From the human T2T-CHM13v2.0 reference genome, Homo sapiens: a stretch of DNA of 64,000 nt. The notes under the pieces are model-generated. The model made no database searches. It was not told the DNA's origin and saw nothing but the letters and a program-made list of their open reading frames with translations. Position numbers and translations under genes: made by a program. The stretch lies in NCBI RefSeq assembly GCF_009914755.1, contig NC_060937.1; one strand, 5' to 3'. Below are positions 1-13,445 of the stretch, in pieces. Numbering within the stretch: the first letter of the stretch is position 1; each line of letters opens with the position of its first letter.

Positions 1-1088
1 TTGGTTCTGGTATCTGGCATAATAGAACTGAGAGGCTGCTCTGTGAGGAGCAGTGTTTTCCACAGCTGCTCTGAGAATTCAGTAGAAATCGAGCCATTTG
101 TTACTCAGAAGTCTAGCTGGATGGCAAGTGGAAATCGTTGCAGCATAAAGGACCAAGACATTTAACATTGATACTTTGTGGCCAGCCCCACTTGTTGCCT
201 AGTATTTGCAGCACCACCTAGTGGATGCTGGATGGTCACCTTTCCATTGGAGTTGTATTTAAATGTCAGTTCCTGTCAAGTTAGGCAATTTTGTTTCATT
301 TAAAGTAGGAATAGTGCAGACTGAGATCATCATTGTAATTACTAATATTGAAATCAGAGAAAGCTCTTCTGAGAATTCATGGTATACCATTCTATTTTCT
401 ATTCACCTTTTATAGAAATATTTTTGAAAAAAGAACCATTTCTTTTAGCTTCCTTTGTCTTAACTCACATGTGCAACTGAATTAATGAATTATCCACATC
501 ATATTCTCTTTTACTGCCACACAAGAAATATTTTGTTGGATGCCGTGGTAGATACTTCATAGTAGCTTTTCAGTGTTGAGGGATGCATCTTTGACATCCT
601 TTCTTAAATAAAACCATGTGACTGGAGTGGTTTAATGACTTAAATGGAAAATTAAATTGTCATCTTAGGGTTTTCTTTAGGCATATACTTTTTCTTCTCA
701 TGAAAGGATTAGAAATATTATTTTTAAAAAAGATGGTATTCTTAAGGACATACTCCTTTTAGTCCAGTTGTACAAGTGAGACCAGAAGTTTCCACAAATA
801 TTCTATTGGAATTCTTCCAATAATGACTACTACATAAGGGCAATTTAATCTTTAAAAATCTGGTTAGCAGATATTTTGGGTAAATGAAAAAATATTTTAG
901 TAAGTCTTTTAAATAGAAGTTTACTTTGTAGTTTTAGGAGAATTGTGTTCTCTCAAATAGAGACTTTCTGCAGAAAAATGAAAGTATATTCATTTGAAGT
1001 TAACCTTAGCAATTAACATGACCTTTATTTCACATGACTGTAGTTTTACATGGAGCATTTCATTATTTGATTTTTTATTTTTGTATAG

Positions 1089-1292
1089 ATGGTTGTGAAA
1101 ACTTTTATGGATATGGACCAGGACTCTGAAGAAGAAAAGGAGCTTTATTTAAACCTAGCTTTACATCTTGCTTCAGATTTTTTTCTCAAGCATCCTGATA
1201 AAGATGTTCGCTTACTGGTAGCCTGCTGCCTTGCTGATATTTTCAGGATTTATGCTCCTGAAGCTCCTTACACATCCCCTGATAAACTAAAG
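1089..1292 (+). CDS. PDS5B: PDS5B coding exon 3 ([10 protein letters not shown]...TSPDKLK)
   Basis: tag| acceptor at 1088; 204 nt = 68 codons matching the PDS5B N-terminal HEAT region; donor AAG|gcaagt (GC donor), required to join DIFMF in frame. Confidence 0.97.
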
Positions 1293-1740
1293 GCAAGTAC
1301 TGATTTAAATAACTCCAAGATTGACCGATACTTTGATTTATCTTTCTAACTAAAATGGGAGTTAAGGTATTTAGATGATTTCCTTGGATTCTTTGACATT
1401 AGCTACAGTAATCTTTTGCTAAACTTAATGTTTTTTTTTTTTTTTAGAACTTATTTTTGAAAAACTTTCTGGTCTTGAGGTTAAGAAGTAGATTAATACA
1501 GTGTGTATTTTTTTTATATCATGTCATCATTAGCTCTGTTTCTTTCATTATAATTTTGGGGGCAATTCCTTTTCACTTTTGAAAATCCATATTGAAGACC
1601 ATGGCCATTATTTAAAACATAATACCTAGTATAAACATGAGTTTATAATATATAATCCTCATTTATTTAATGGAAGGTGTGATATAAATTGTTATATTTG
1701 TGTTATAAATTGTGTTATACATTGTTATGAAGAAAATACA

Positions 1741-2048
1741 GGCCAGGCGCAGTGGCTCAGGCCTGTAATCCCAGCACTGTGGGAGGCCGAGGCAGGATGA
1801 TTACTTGAGTTCATGAGTTTGAGGACAGCTTGGGCAACATAGCAAGGCGTTGTCTCTACTTTAAAAAAAAAAAAAAAAGGAAATTAGCCTTGTGTGGTAC
1901 TGTGCACCTGTAATCCCATAACTACTTGGGAAGCTGAGGTGGGAGGAGTGCTTGAACCCCCGGGGGGCGGAGGTTGCAGTGAGCCAAAATGGCACCACTG
2001 CATTCCAGCCTGGGCTGAGTGAGACCATCTCTATTAAAAAAAAAAAAA
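1741..2048 (+). mobile_element. Alu (AluJ-like)
   Basis: GGCCAGGCGCAGTGGCTCA start, two arms, A tail. Confidence 0.9.
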
Positions 2049-2294
2049 GATTCAGTGAACAAAATTTTAATGGAAAGGTACAAAAGACATGTGGTACTTG
2101 GTTACAGTAATTGTAAGTAAAACTATATAAATGCAAAATCTTTAAAAGATGAGAAGGGGAATAGCACGAGTAATCTTTTTAGGAAAATGCTGGTAGAAAG
2201 CATGAAGTAATTAGAGTTGTGCAAAAGATACTGAATGTTTATAAGGCAGATCAGGTAGGAATTAAAAACAGCAACAATAAAAGATAATTGTGGA

Positions 2295-2580
2295 GGCTGG
2301 GTGCGGTGGCTCACACCTGTGCACTTTGGGAGGCCGAGGTGGGCCGATCACCTGAGGTCAGGAGTTCGAAACCAGCCTGGCCAACATGGTGAAACTTCAT
2401 CTCTACTCAAAATACAAAAATTAGCCGGCTGTGTTGGCACATGACTGTAACCCCAGCTACTGTGGAGGCTGAGACAGGAGAATCACTTGAACCTGGGAGG
2501 TGGGGGATGGAGTGAGATTGCGCCGCTGCACTCCAGTCTGGCCAACACAGCGAGAGTCTCAGAAAACAAAACAAAAAAAA
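2295..2580 (+). mobile_element. Alu (AluS-like)
   Basis: Alu body; TSD aaagataattgtgga on both sides. Confidence 0.92.
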
Positions 2581-4519
2581 GATAATTGTGGAAACTATGG
2601 GTTAGAGAATGAGTCCATAGAAAGATTATTAATCCACAGTGTGAAAAAATGGCAGGCAATTTATATTTATTTCACTTAATAAGTCTTGCTGTTACTTATG
2701 TGTCAGGAACTGGATTTACAGTGGTGAAAAAAACCCAGGCATGGTTCTTGGACTCATGGAGTTCTTGATAACTGAAGTGAGGAATGTGCTTATTTGATCA
2801 AGTCTACCACAATTCAAGTAGAGGATGTGCAACCTGTTTTGGGCATGCTTGTTTTAAATTTTGATTGGTGAAAGAATCTTAGGATGAGGGAGGTAGAGGG
2901 CAATATTTGTCATTTAAAGGTGGTATTGAATTGTAAGATTTGAGAATGGTCGGAGACTTAAAGTAGATAACATGAGCTGGTCCATGTAGTTGTATACCCA
3001 GGTACTAGCTTGATTTCTAAATGTGAATTTCTCATTTGGAGATACTTAATCGGTTTAAGGAATGATTCCATTTGTTTGATAGTGGCTGTGGCTCTCCCGT
3101 ACTAGATGTCTTGTTGGCATTCTCATGACGAGGAAGTCTAACTTAAGACTGCTACTGTACAATTTATTTATCTCTCTTGGGGATCTTTCAGTTTGCATAA
3201 TCAAGGACCTATTTCAGGGCTTTGGGGGTAACGAGAAATTCTCCCTAAAGAATAGCTACATATCTGTTCTGTTTCTAACAGGACAATTTATGAGAAGACT
3301 GTAAAAGAGCTGAAATTAGGGTCTTTGTGCATTATTCCCTAGCTGAAAAATGTTAAGTATTTGGTTTTTCTGATGAATTTTTGAGTCTTATTCTAAATGC
3401 CTCTTTTTTCTTTTTGGGGGATAGTACTTAAAATTACTGACTTTGAGGGTGCTTTCTAAATATTTAAGAGATTTCACTTCGTCTTGATTAGCGGCAAATT
3501 CGTATATCTGTATGTCTATATATTTTGTCTACAGTAGTGTTGTATACAGATTAGAAAATTGTGATATTTGAGCCTTACCTTTCCACTTTCAGTTAGTTAT
3601 TGTCATCAGCAAACCCCTTTTATACAGTTGGCTTCATGTTTAGGCAGTAATTGGTGAGGTTATAAGTGACTGTTGTCTTTCCATCGCTACATAGGGTCAA
3701 TATGGCGTGTGTACTCTTTCAGCAATCCAGGAAGGGTTCATTCATAGAGAACATATTTTCCACAGTACTACTATCAAAGTAACTTTTTTTGTTTTAAGTA
3801 ACCTTTTTTTTTAAAAAATTGTGTTTTAGGTGCAGGGGTACATTTGCAGGTTTGTTATGTAGGTAAATTACATGTCATGAGGGTTTGGTGTACAGATTAT
3901 TTTGTCACCCAGGTAAAAGCATGGTTCCCAATAGGTAGTTTTCCGATCCTCACCCTCCTCCCACCCTCCACCGTCAAGAAGATTCTGGTGTCTGTTCTCT
4001 TCTTTGTGTTCATATGTACTCAATGTTTAGCTCCTGGTGATAAGTGAGAACATGTGGTATTTGGTTTTCTCTTCCTGCGTTTGTTTGCTTAGGATAATGG
4101 CTTCCAGTGGCATCCATGTTGCTGCACAGGACATAATCTCATTTTTTATGGCTGTGTAATAGTCCATGGTGTATATGAAATATTTTCTTTATCCATTTTA
4201 CTGTTGAATGGCATTTAGGTTGATTCCATGTCTTTGCTATTGTGAATAGTGCTGCTACGAACATATGCATACATGCGTCTTTATGGTAGAATGATTTATA
4301 TTCCTTTGGTTATATACCCAATAATGGGATTGCTGGGTCAAATGGTAGTCCTGTTTTCAGTTCTTTGAGAAATTGCCAAACTGTTTTCCACAATGGCTGA
4401 ACTAATTTATATTCCCACCAGTGATGTATCAGCACTTCCTTTTCTCTGCAACCTTGCCAGCATCTGTCATTTTTTTTTTTGACTTTTTAACAATAGCCAT
4501 TCTGACTGGTACGAGATGA

Positions 4520-4960
<441 letters not shown>

Positions 4961-5887
4961 TGCCCTCTTTTTAATGGGATTGTTTTTTGCTTGTTAATTA
5001 AGTTCCTTATACCTTCTTGATATTAGACCTTTGTTCAATATATGGTTTGCAAATATTTTCTCCCATTCTGTAGGTTGTCTCTTAACTCTATTTTGCTGTG
5101 CAGAAGCTTTTTAGTTTAATTAGGTCTCATTTGTCAATTTTTGTTTTTGTTGCAGTTGGTTTTGACATCTTCATCATGAAATCTTTGCCAGGTCCTATGT
5201 CCAGAATGGTATTTCCTAGGTCATCTTCCAGGGATTTTATAGTTTTAGGTTTTACATTTAAGTCTTTAATCCATCATGAGTTGATTTTTGTATGTGGTTT
5301 GAGGAAAGGGTCCAGTTTCAGTCTTCTGCATATGACTAGCTAGTTATCCCAGCACCATTTATTGAATAGGGAGTCCTTTCCTCATTGCTTGTTTTTGTGC
5401 TTTTGTTGAAAATCAGATGGTTGTAGGTGTGTAGCATTATTTCTGGACTTTCTGTTATGTTCCATTGTTGTATGTGTCTGTTTTTGTACCAGTACCATGC
5501 TGTTTTGGTTACTGTAGCCTTGTAGTATACTTTAAAGTTGGGTAATGTGATGTCTCCAGCTTCTTTTTTTTTTTTTTTTTTTTTGCTTAGGATTGCCTTG
5601 GCTGTTTGGGGTCCCTTTTGATTCCATAGACATTTTAAGGTAGTTTTTTCTAATTTTGTGAAGAATGTTCTTGGTAGTTTGATAGGAATAGCATTTAATT
5701 CAGTAAATTGCTTTGGACAGCATGGCCTTTTTAGTAACATTGATTCTTCCTATCCATGAACATGGAATGATTTTCCATTTGTTGTGTCATCTGTGGTTTC
5801 TTTGAGCAATGTTTTGTAATTCTTGTTGTGGAGGTCTTTTACCACCTTGGGTAGCTGTATTCCTAGGTATTTTATTCTTTTTGTGGC

Positions 5888-6187
5888 TTTTTTTTTTTTT
5901 TTTTTTAAAGACAAAGTCTGGCTCTGTCACCCAGGCTGGAGTGCAGTAGCACAATCTTGGCTCACTACAGTCTTTGCCTCCTGGGTACAAGCAATTCTCC
6001 TGTCTCAGCCTCCTGAGTAGCTGGGACTGCAAGCACATGCCACCATGCCTGGCTAATTTTCGTATTTTTAGTAGAGATGGGGTTTTGCCATGTTGGCCAG
6101 GCTGGTCTTGAACTCCTGGGCTCAAGCCATCCACCCGCCTTGGCTTTCCAAAGTGCTGGGATTACAGGCTGAGCCACTGTGCCTGGC
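5888..6187 (-). mobile_element. Alu
   Basis: poly-T followed by reverse-complement Alu. Confidence 0.92.
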
Positions 6188-7531
6188 TGGTATTCTGTTC
6201 TTGATTTGGCTGTCAACTTCAACATATGTGGTCATCATTATGTGGTGAATCACATTTTAAAAATTTGCTGAAGATTGTTTTATGGCTTATTATGTGGTCA
6301 GTTTTAGAGTATGTGCCATGTGCAGATGAGAAGAATGTATATTCTGTTGTTTTGAATGGAGAGTTCTGTAGATGTCTGTTAGGCCCATTTGGTCAAATGC
6401 TGAGTTTAGGTCTGAATATCTTTGTTAGTTGTCTGCCCCAATAATCTAATTCTGTCAGTGGAGTGTTAAAGCCTCCCACTATTATTGTGTCATTATCTAT
6501 GTCTCTTCATAAGTCTCTAAGAACTTGCTTTATGAATCTGTGTGTTCCTTTGTTGGATGCATATATTTTTAGGATAGTTAGGTTTTCTTGTTGAATTGAA
6601 CCCTTTATCAGTATGTAATGCTCTTCTTTGTCATTGTTGGTTTAAAGCCTGTTTTGTCTGAAATTAGAATAGCAACCCCTGCTTTCTTCTGTTTTCTGTT
6701 TGCTTGGTAGATTTTTCTCCATCCCTTTACTTTGACCCTATCAGTGTCGTTGCATATGAAACGAGTCTCTTGTAGACAGCATACAGTTGGGCCTTGCTTC
6801 TTTAACCAACTGACCACACTGCACCTTTTAATTGAGGCATTTAATGTGTTTACATTCACGGTTAATATTGGTATGTGCTGGTTTGGTCCTGTCATCATGT
6901 TGTTAGCTGGTTATTATGCAGACTTGATTGTGTGGTTGCTTTATACAAATGTAGATACAAATGCAGATATAGTAATAAGTCAAAAATATGAGATGGGAAT
7001 AGATTTAGAAAGATGGGGAAAAGCAGGTAATTACAATGATTGGTAGGAAGCTTGACAAGTTGACTTCTAAGAGTCTAAGCTTCTCTGTGGTATCTATTGT
7101 ATTGTCATTTGGCAATTAAAAAAAATTGTTTCCTAAACTGCTCTTGCTATTTAATTACCATATATTTTACTGTTCCAGGAAACCTGATCAGCTCTCAGTC
7201 ATTGCAACATTTTTTATTCTAAAAATAGCATAAATTTTAGCTATCTCACTTTTCAGGTTTATTTGTTTAACTTTTGCTATAAGATGAAGTTTTTTGACTT
7301 TAAGATTATGGCAAATGATTTACTGTTTTCCTATGAAGGATAGTAAGATATTTAATGTTGTTCATATAAAGGTGTACTTTTAAAAAATTTTAGCCAAATA
7401 AAATTTTTTTCTGGTTCTTTATAGTTTATTATGATATGTACACATGAGTGCTGAATAAACTCTTGGAGTTTCATGGTTATTTTCATTTAACGTTCATAAT
7501 CTAAATGGCACTTTGTCTTTTTTTATTTAAG

Positions 7532-7618
7532 GATATATTTATGTTTATAACAAGACAGTTGAAGGGGCTAGAGGATACAAAGAGCCCACAGTTCAATAGG
7601 TATTTTTATTTACTTGAG
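7532..7618 (+). CDS. PDS5B: PDS5B exon 4 (DIFMFITRQ...YFYLLE)
   Basis: ttttatttaag| acceptor; 87 nt; GAG|gtaagc donor. Confidence 0.97.
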
Positions 7619-7726
7619 GTAAGCAATATCTTGTATCTTGAGATGACATTTTAAACTGATTTTTTTGTTTGTATATTTTTAATAATCAAAATGCTTAACT
7701 TTCACTTTTTTACACCTTATTTTTAG

Positions 7727-7824
7727 AACATTGCTTGGGTCAAGTCATATAACATATGCTTTGAGTTAGAAGATAGCAATGAAATTTTCACCCAGCTATA
7801 CAGAACCTTATTTTCAGTTATAAA
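7727..7824 (+). CDS. PDS5B: PDS5B exon 5 (NIAWVKSY...LFSVI)
   Basis: follows a 108-nt intron; tttag| acceptor; 98 nt; AA|gtaagt donor. Confidence 0.97.
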
Positions 7825-8445
7825 GTAAGTTTATTTTATTAAGTATGTAACATTAAAAAAAGGTAACAAATTTTGAACTTGTAGGTGAATCTGCATAAAC
7901 TGTTACAATGAATATTAGAAGGCTAAGAGATGTAACTTTTAACACACTTTATTTTTATACATGTTTCAAAAATGAATAGAGCTTAATTTTGTATTATATG
8001 TAATTATTGGTTAGAGGAGTGGCATAAGGCCAGTGTAAAATTTTTTTGGATTGCATTATTTGTCTATAAAACATACATACTGACTTCTTAATGCATATGG
8101 CTATTTGAGCTTTTTGTGTATGCTTTAAAATTATTTACTGGAATTAACTTCAGAGCAATTCAGTTTTCTGAATTTAAGGCAGAACTGAAGTTGCTTTTGA
8201 TGTAATTACTTTTGATTGTGAGACTGGTTAAAATTAGGGAAAAATCTAAGAAATGTAGTGTAAAAATATAATTTGTATACTTTTGTATGATGTGGGAGAG
8301 AGGGAAGCTTTAAATGAATATACATAGAATTTTATTTAATATTTTAGTATTATTTTTGTAAAGCATAATGCTTGTCAGTGTCATCTTAAGAGTAAATCCT
8401 GTATATCTCAGTTGTAATTGAAACAAAATCTGTTTTGAATTGCAG

Positions 8446-8572
8446 CAATGGCCACAATCAGAAAGTCCATATGCACATGGTAGACCTTATGAGCTCTATT
8501 ATTTGTGAAGGTGATACAGTGTCTCAGGAGCTTTTGGATACGGTTTTAGTAAATCTGGTACCTGCTCATAAG
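8446..8572 (+). CDS. PDS5B: PDS5B exon 6 (NGHNQKVH...VPAHK)
   Basis: ttgcag| acceptor; 127 nt; AAG|gtgagt donor; phase matches exon 5. Confidence 0.97.
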
Positions 8573-9359
8573 GTGAGTAGCAATGTATACTGTAATGTGT
8601 CTAATGCCCGTTAATATTAAGGCTTAAAATTTGTGCTTAGGTTCTAAATATGGTTTATCCTGCTTTAATCTTTTAGAGAATCTGTTGGTTTAGTTATATT
8701 AATACATATTTATTGTGATTAATGTGTAATAAAAAGATACACTTAATAACTAATAAGAAATTGTAGATTTCATGTAATAACATATTTGTTATAATTCAGT
8801 TGCATATGGAGTGTATTTCAGGGAGTGAGTTAGTAGTAGCTACTTAGATGCTGTTACATAACTTACTTGTCAGAAGATGGAACCAAGTAGGGCCATAACT
8901 AAAAGATAGTGATAATGTAGATAGAGAGGACTGGTGAAATTTAAAGGGAAGTCTCTACTAAATGGGAGAGGAGTGATATGTTGGTGACAGTGTTTCTTGC
9001 CTGCGTGATTAATTAAGATGTTATGTTTGTATGTTTTTGTGTGTGTTTGTGTTTTGATTTTAGAAAATGACTGAATCTTCAGTTAGAAATACGGTTCTGT
9101 TATTTAGAAGGGGTTTGGGTTAAGGAGAGGAGGACAGGAATCACCAGTGTAGTTATCTGTGCAAATATAAGACCTCTCTGGCAAGATATAATCTCAGTGT
9201 AGAGACTGACATGAATAATGGTTCAGTGAAAATGATCTCATAATTCAAAAATTCCAAACTCTTAAAGAAAACAGTCTCTGAATCCTGAAACTTAGCAGAC
9301 ACTACAAATAGCAAGATTAGAGTTCAGAAATTCAGATAATATATTTATTAAATAAAATC

Positions 9360-10240
9360 TACAGGTCCTGGTGTGCTGTGGGTTCCTAGTCAGCTGCCAT
9401 CTTGCTCCTCTTCCCACCCCTCACTCCTTCCTGCTGCACCTTCTGAATGCAGCCCACCATGTCCTGACTCTACCCAGCCCAGCCTCACTTCTGCCTCTGG
9501 TGACCACAGGAGAGAAGGGGGAAGCTGGCAAGTAGACCTGCAGAGGCTCTTCCCATCGTCTCCTTCACCTTGGTGCCCACATCTAGTTATAATCCCCATT
9601 AATCCATTTTATTAAATGAGCTGTAAAAATCAGCCTGGGGCCCAGCTAGTGACTTCTGCTGGGCAAATGAACACCTGGCCTGATGCCACAAGCTCTACTG
9701 CCTGTGTGCTCAGGTGAGAAGGCAGAGGTCATGAATCCAGCCACAGAATGCCCTAGGGAGGAGGACTGAATTCCCAGGGGGAGACCTGCTAAGCCTTTCA
9801 AATGGGCTGTGCCTGACTGGACTCTCAGCCTAGCTCTCTGGAACCCTCAACCACTTGTCAACTGTGCCAAGACAAACCCTCCTAGACACAAATCGAGTAT
9901 CTAGCTTGGCTTTCTGCACTGAGCAGCTGACTACCAGAGGCATCTGAGGCCTCCATCCGTTGATTGTCGTGGAGAAGACTTTGTTGGGGAAAATAAACCC
10001 ACCCTTCCTGATTAAACATTTTCTCCTTGGCCTTGTTGTAGGGAGAGGACCTGTAGGTACTTCCAGAAACTAGAATCATAGGATCTTCCAAACTTCCTGT
10101 CTCTAAGTACAGGAGCTGGAATCTTTCCACCAAGTACTTATAGATTCAATCTTTTGCTTAGTCCATTTAGCTTAGGGTGGAAATTTCTCAAGGCAATTAC
10201 TGTTTTGCAGCCCTTTGCATAACTTGCATAGCTCCTTGTA
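9360..10240. mobile_element. GC-richer block, probably an ancient LTR-class relic (family not resolved)
   Basis: abrupt compositional shift; cagctgccatcttg motif seen in old LTRs; short ORFs without recognisable homology. Confidence 0.35.
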
Positions 10241-10394
10241 GTTTAGTGAATGACACTGAATAAAACATTCTGACAAAATTTTTAAAAAAAATTATAAATA
10301 CTCTTGAAAGGAGTAATGATAAGAGGTAAAAAATGTAATAACTAGACATATTAAAGGAGAAAATTAGGAGAAAAACTCATTAGCAATGAAAAAT

Positions 10395-10726
10395 GGCTGG
10401 GTGCAGTAGCTCATACCTGTAATCCCAGCACTTTGGGAAACCAAGGTGGGTGGATCACCTGAGGCCAGGAGTTCAAGACCAGCCTGGCCAACATGGTGAA
10501 ACCCTGTCTTTACTAAAATTACAAAAATTAGCCAGGCGTGGCAGCATGCGCTTATAATCCCAGCTACTCAGGAGGCTGAGGCAGGAGAATTGCTTGAACC
10601 TGAGAGGTGGAGGTTACAGTGAGCTGAGATTGTGCGACTGCACACTCAAGCCTGGGTGACAGAGTGAGACTCTGTCTCAAAAAAAAAAAAAAAAAAAAAA
10701 AAAAAACAGAAAAAGAAAAAGAAAAA
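10395..10726 (+). mobile_element. Alu (AluS-like)
   Basis: Alu body with long A tail; TSD gaaaaatg. Confidence 0.92.
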
Positions 10727-11615
10727 TGACCACCAAAATATAAACCTTGATTGAATTATATGTAAAACATATTTAGAGAACTGGGATAGATGTGAGGAAA
10801 TTATACAGGCACAGTGAGATGAAACATGAAAGGTAAGGTCTGACATATTTAATAGTGATTTCAGAATAACAAATGGAGAATTGAGAAGAGATGATATTCA
10901 AGTAGAAGTTAGCTTGAAATATTCCAGAATTGGTTAAAGCCGTTAATTTATGGATTAGTGAGAAAAAGTACCATGACTAGAGTAAAAAAAAAATAAAAAG
11001 AGGAAATCCTTGTCCAGGCCCATCCTGAAATTGTGGAATACTGAAAGAGAAATCATATATAAAGCACCCAGAATGTAAAGGCATGGCCCTTACCAAGGAA
11101 TGAATGCTAAACTGATTACTGACTTCTCATTTGCAGTGTTAGAGAATAAATGAATCTTATGTAAAATAGAGTGGTTTAATGGAATTAGTAAGTGATATGA
11201 TCCTGGGATGATCAGGAGTATTTGGAGCTATTAAGTTTGAACTTTAAATGAACCATTTATGTTAAAATTTTAAGGATTATAATAAAAGGAAGAGTTACAG
11301 TAAATGTAAATGACCTGTATTTACCATGTAAGACAGGTTCTCAGATTGGATTGAACATAATCTGGGTGATTATTTTTACTAAGAAATACAAATAAAACAC
11401 ACTCACAAAAGGTCGAATATAAAAGGATGGAAAAAGTACTTGCCAGGCAAATATAAACCAAAAGAAAACCAAGATAGCTTATATTAGACATAGTAGTCTT
11501 TAATGGATAAAGAAGAGTTTTATATAATGAGAAAAGATTCAGTACCCAGGAAGATATCTAAACTTGTGTGCACACAGGCTCAAAATATATAAAGCACAAA
11601 TTGAAAGAATTACGG

Positions 11616-11873
11616 ACAGAAAGAAGCAAATTCACTATTCGTGTTCCATTTTAACATGTGTTTTAGTGACTATAAATCAGGTAAACTGAGTTTATAAAAA
11701 TATTGAGGATTTGAAACAAAACTACTAATTTAATAACAAGCATAATTAACAGAAAGAAGCAAATTCACTATTTGTGTTCCATTTTAACATGTATTTTAGT
11801 GATTATAAATCAGGTAAACTGAGTTTATAAAAATATTGAGGATTTGAAACACAAAACCACTAATAGCAAGCAT
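11616..11873. repeat. Tandem duplication, 2 x ~133 bp
   Basis: acagaaagaagcaaattcactatt...gatttgaaac starts at 11616 and again at 11749. Confidence 0.95.
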
Positions 11874-12999
11874 GTAATCTGACAAAACATTAAGTCATAA
11901 TGGCAGTTAAAATATTTAGAAATGATAATTAAGTGATACATATTAAAACTTGCAGGATACACTTTTAAGTGTAACTCCATGGCTAAATGTACATTTCAAG
12001 GAGTAATAAAAACATGAGAATAAACAAATTATACAAGGAAGAAAGTAGTGAATAAATGAAATTAGTGAAATAGAAAACACAGTGACATTCCATCAAAACC
12101 CTAAGTTAGTAATTTGAAAAATGTTTTAAATAAGCAAATGCTTGGAAAGCTAGATCACAAAAAAGGAAATGGTGTCTATGTACAGTTTTAGAATGAAATG
12201 AGAAACAATGGACATGAAAAAGATCAAAAGACAATTCCATGAGGAATATTTTATGCTAACATATTTGAAATTAGAATAAATTCCTAGAAAATATAACCTG
12301 GCAAATTTGTCTTGAGAGAAAATCAAGACAAATAGCCTATAACCAATACATTTAGTTGGTTTTAAAAACTCTGCCTATAAGACAAAACTCTTCTTTTCAA
12401 ACAACAATAGCAACGATAATAGCAGCAAAAATAATTACAGCAGCAGAACTCAAACCAACAACAAAAGAACCTGTAAACCCGTTACCAGGGATTTCTGTTG
12501 ATTATTTAAGTGGCAAATATTCCTAACTTTCAGCACACTTCCAGATTATAGAAAGGACTACTCCATAACTCATTTTATGAGCAGAGAATAATCTTCCTAG
12601 GGAAACCAGGTGCAAACCAAGGAAGAAAAAAAAAAAAAGGCTAATTGATTCCCAATATAAAATAGTAATTTCCAGAATGATTTAAAATACTATTGATAAT
12701 CACCAAATTGGCTTTATTTTAGGAATACAAGGATGGATTAACATTATGTTAGTGATAGACTAAGATACTTGTTTAATAGATCAAAGAGAAAGACAAATTT
12801 TAATAGATATAGAAAAAGATGGATACAATTCATTGTAATTTATAACTTAGCAAATTTGAAATAGAACTTAAATTGATAAGGAGATATGTATGATACAGTA
12901 TTTAATGGTGAAATGTTGAAGCATTCTCTTTGATGTGAGGAACATTGTAAAAATACTGCTTCTGTTCAGGCAAAAAGGCAAACATGCTTTAAAAAAAAT

Positions 13000-13445
13000 T
13001 TGTATTTATTTATATATTTTGAAATTTCAGTAGCTTTTGGGGTACAGGTGGTTTTTGGTTACATGGATGAATTGTATAGTGGTGAAGTCTGAGCTTTTAG
13101 TGCCCCTGTCACCTGAGAAGTGTACATTGTACCCAATGTGTACACAATGTGTTTTTTGTCTCTTGTTCCCTCTCTGCCTTCTGATTCCCTGTAGTCCATT
13201 ATATCACTCTGTGTGCCTTTGTGTACCTATAGTTTTGTTCCCACTTATAAATGAGAACACACAGTATTTGGTTTCCCATTCCTGAGTTACTTCACTTAGA
13301 ATAATGGCCTCCAGCTCCATCCAAGTTGCTGCAAAAGACATTATTTCATTCTTTTTATCGCTGAGTAGTATTCCATGGTGTATATATACCACGTTTTCTT
13401 TATCCACTCATCAGTCAGTGGACAGTTAGATTGGTTCCATATCTT
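13000..13445 (-). mobile_element. L1PB-like 3' fragment
   Basis: ttttggggtacaggtggtttttggttacatggatgaatt 3'UTR; minus-strand peptide [22 protein letters not shown]. Confidence 0.85.

Noticed and set aside
5336-6898. L1 ORF2-like peptides
   Set aside because: Fragmented, frameshifted and RT-deleted; not an active retrotransposon or a domesticated gene.
11616-11873. Direct repeats as a CRISPR-like or functional array
   Set aside because: Only two adjacent copies with no spacers, inside a decayed L1 in a primate intron.
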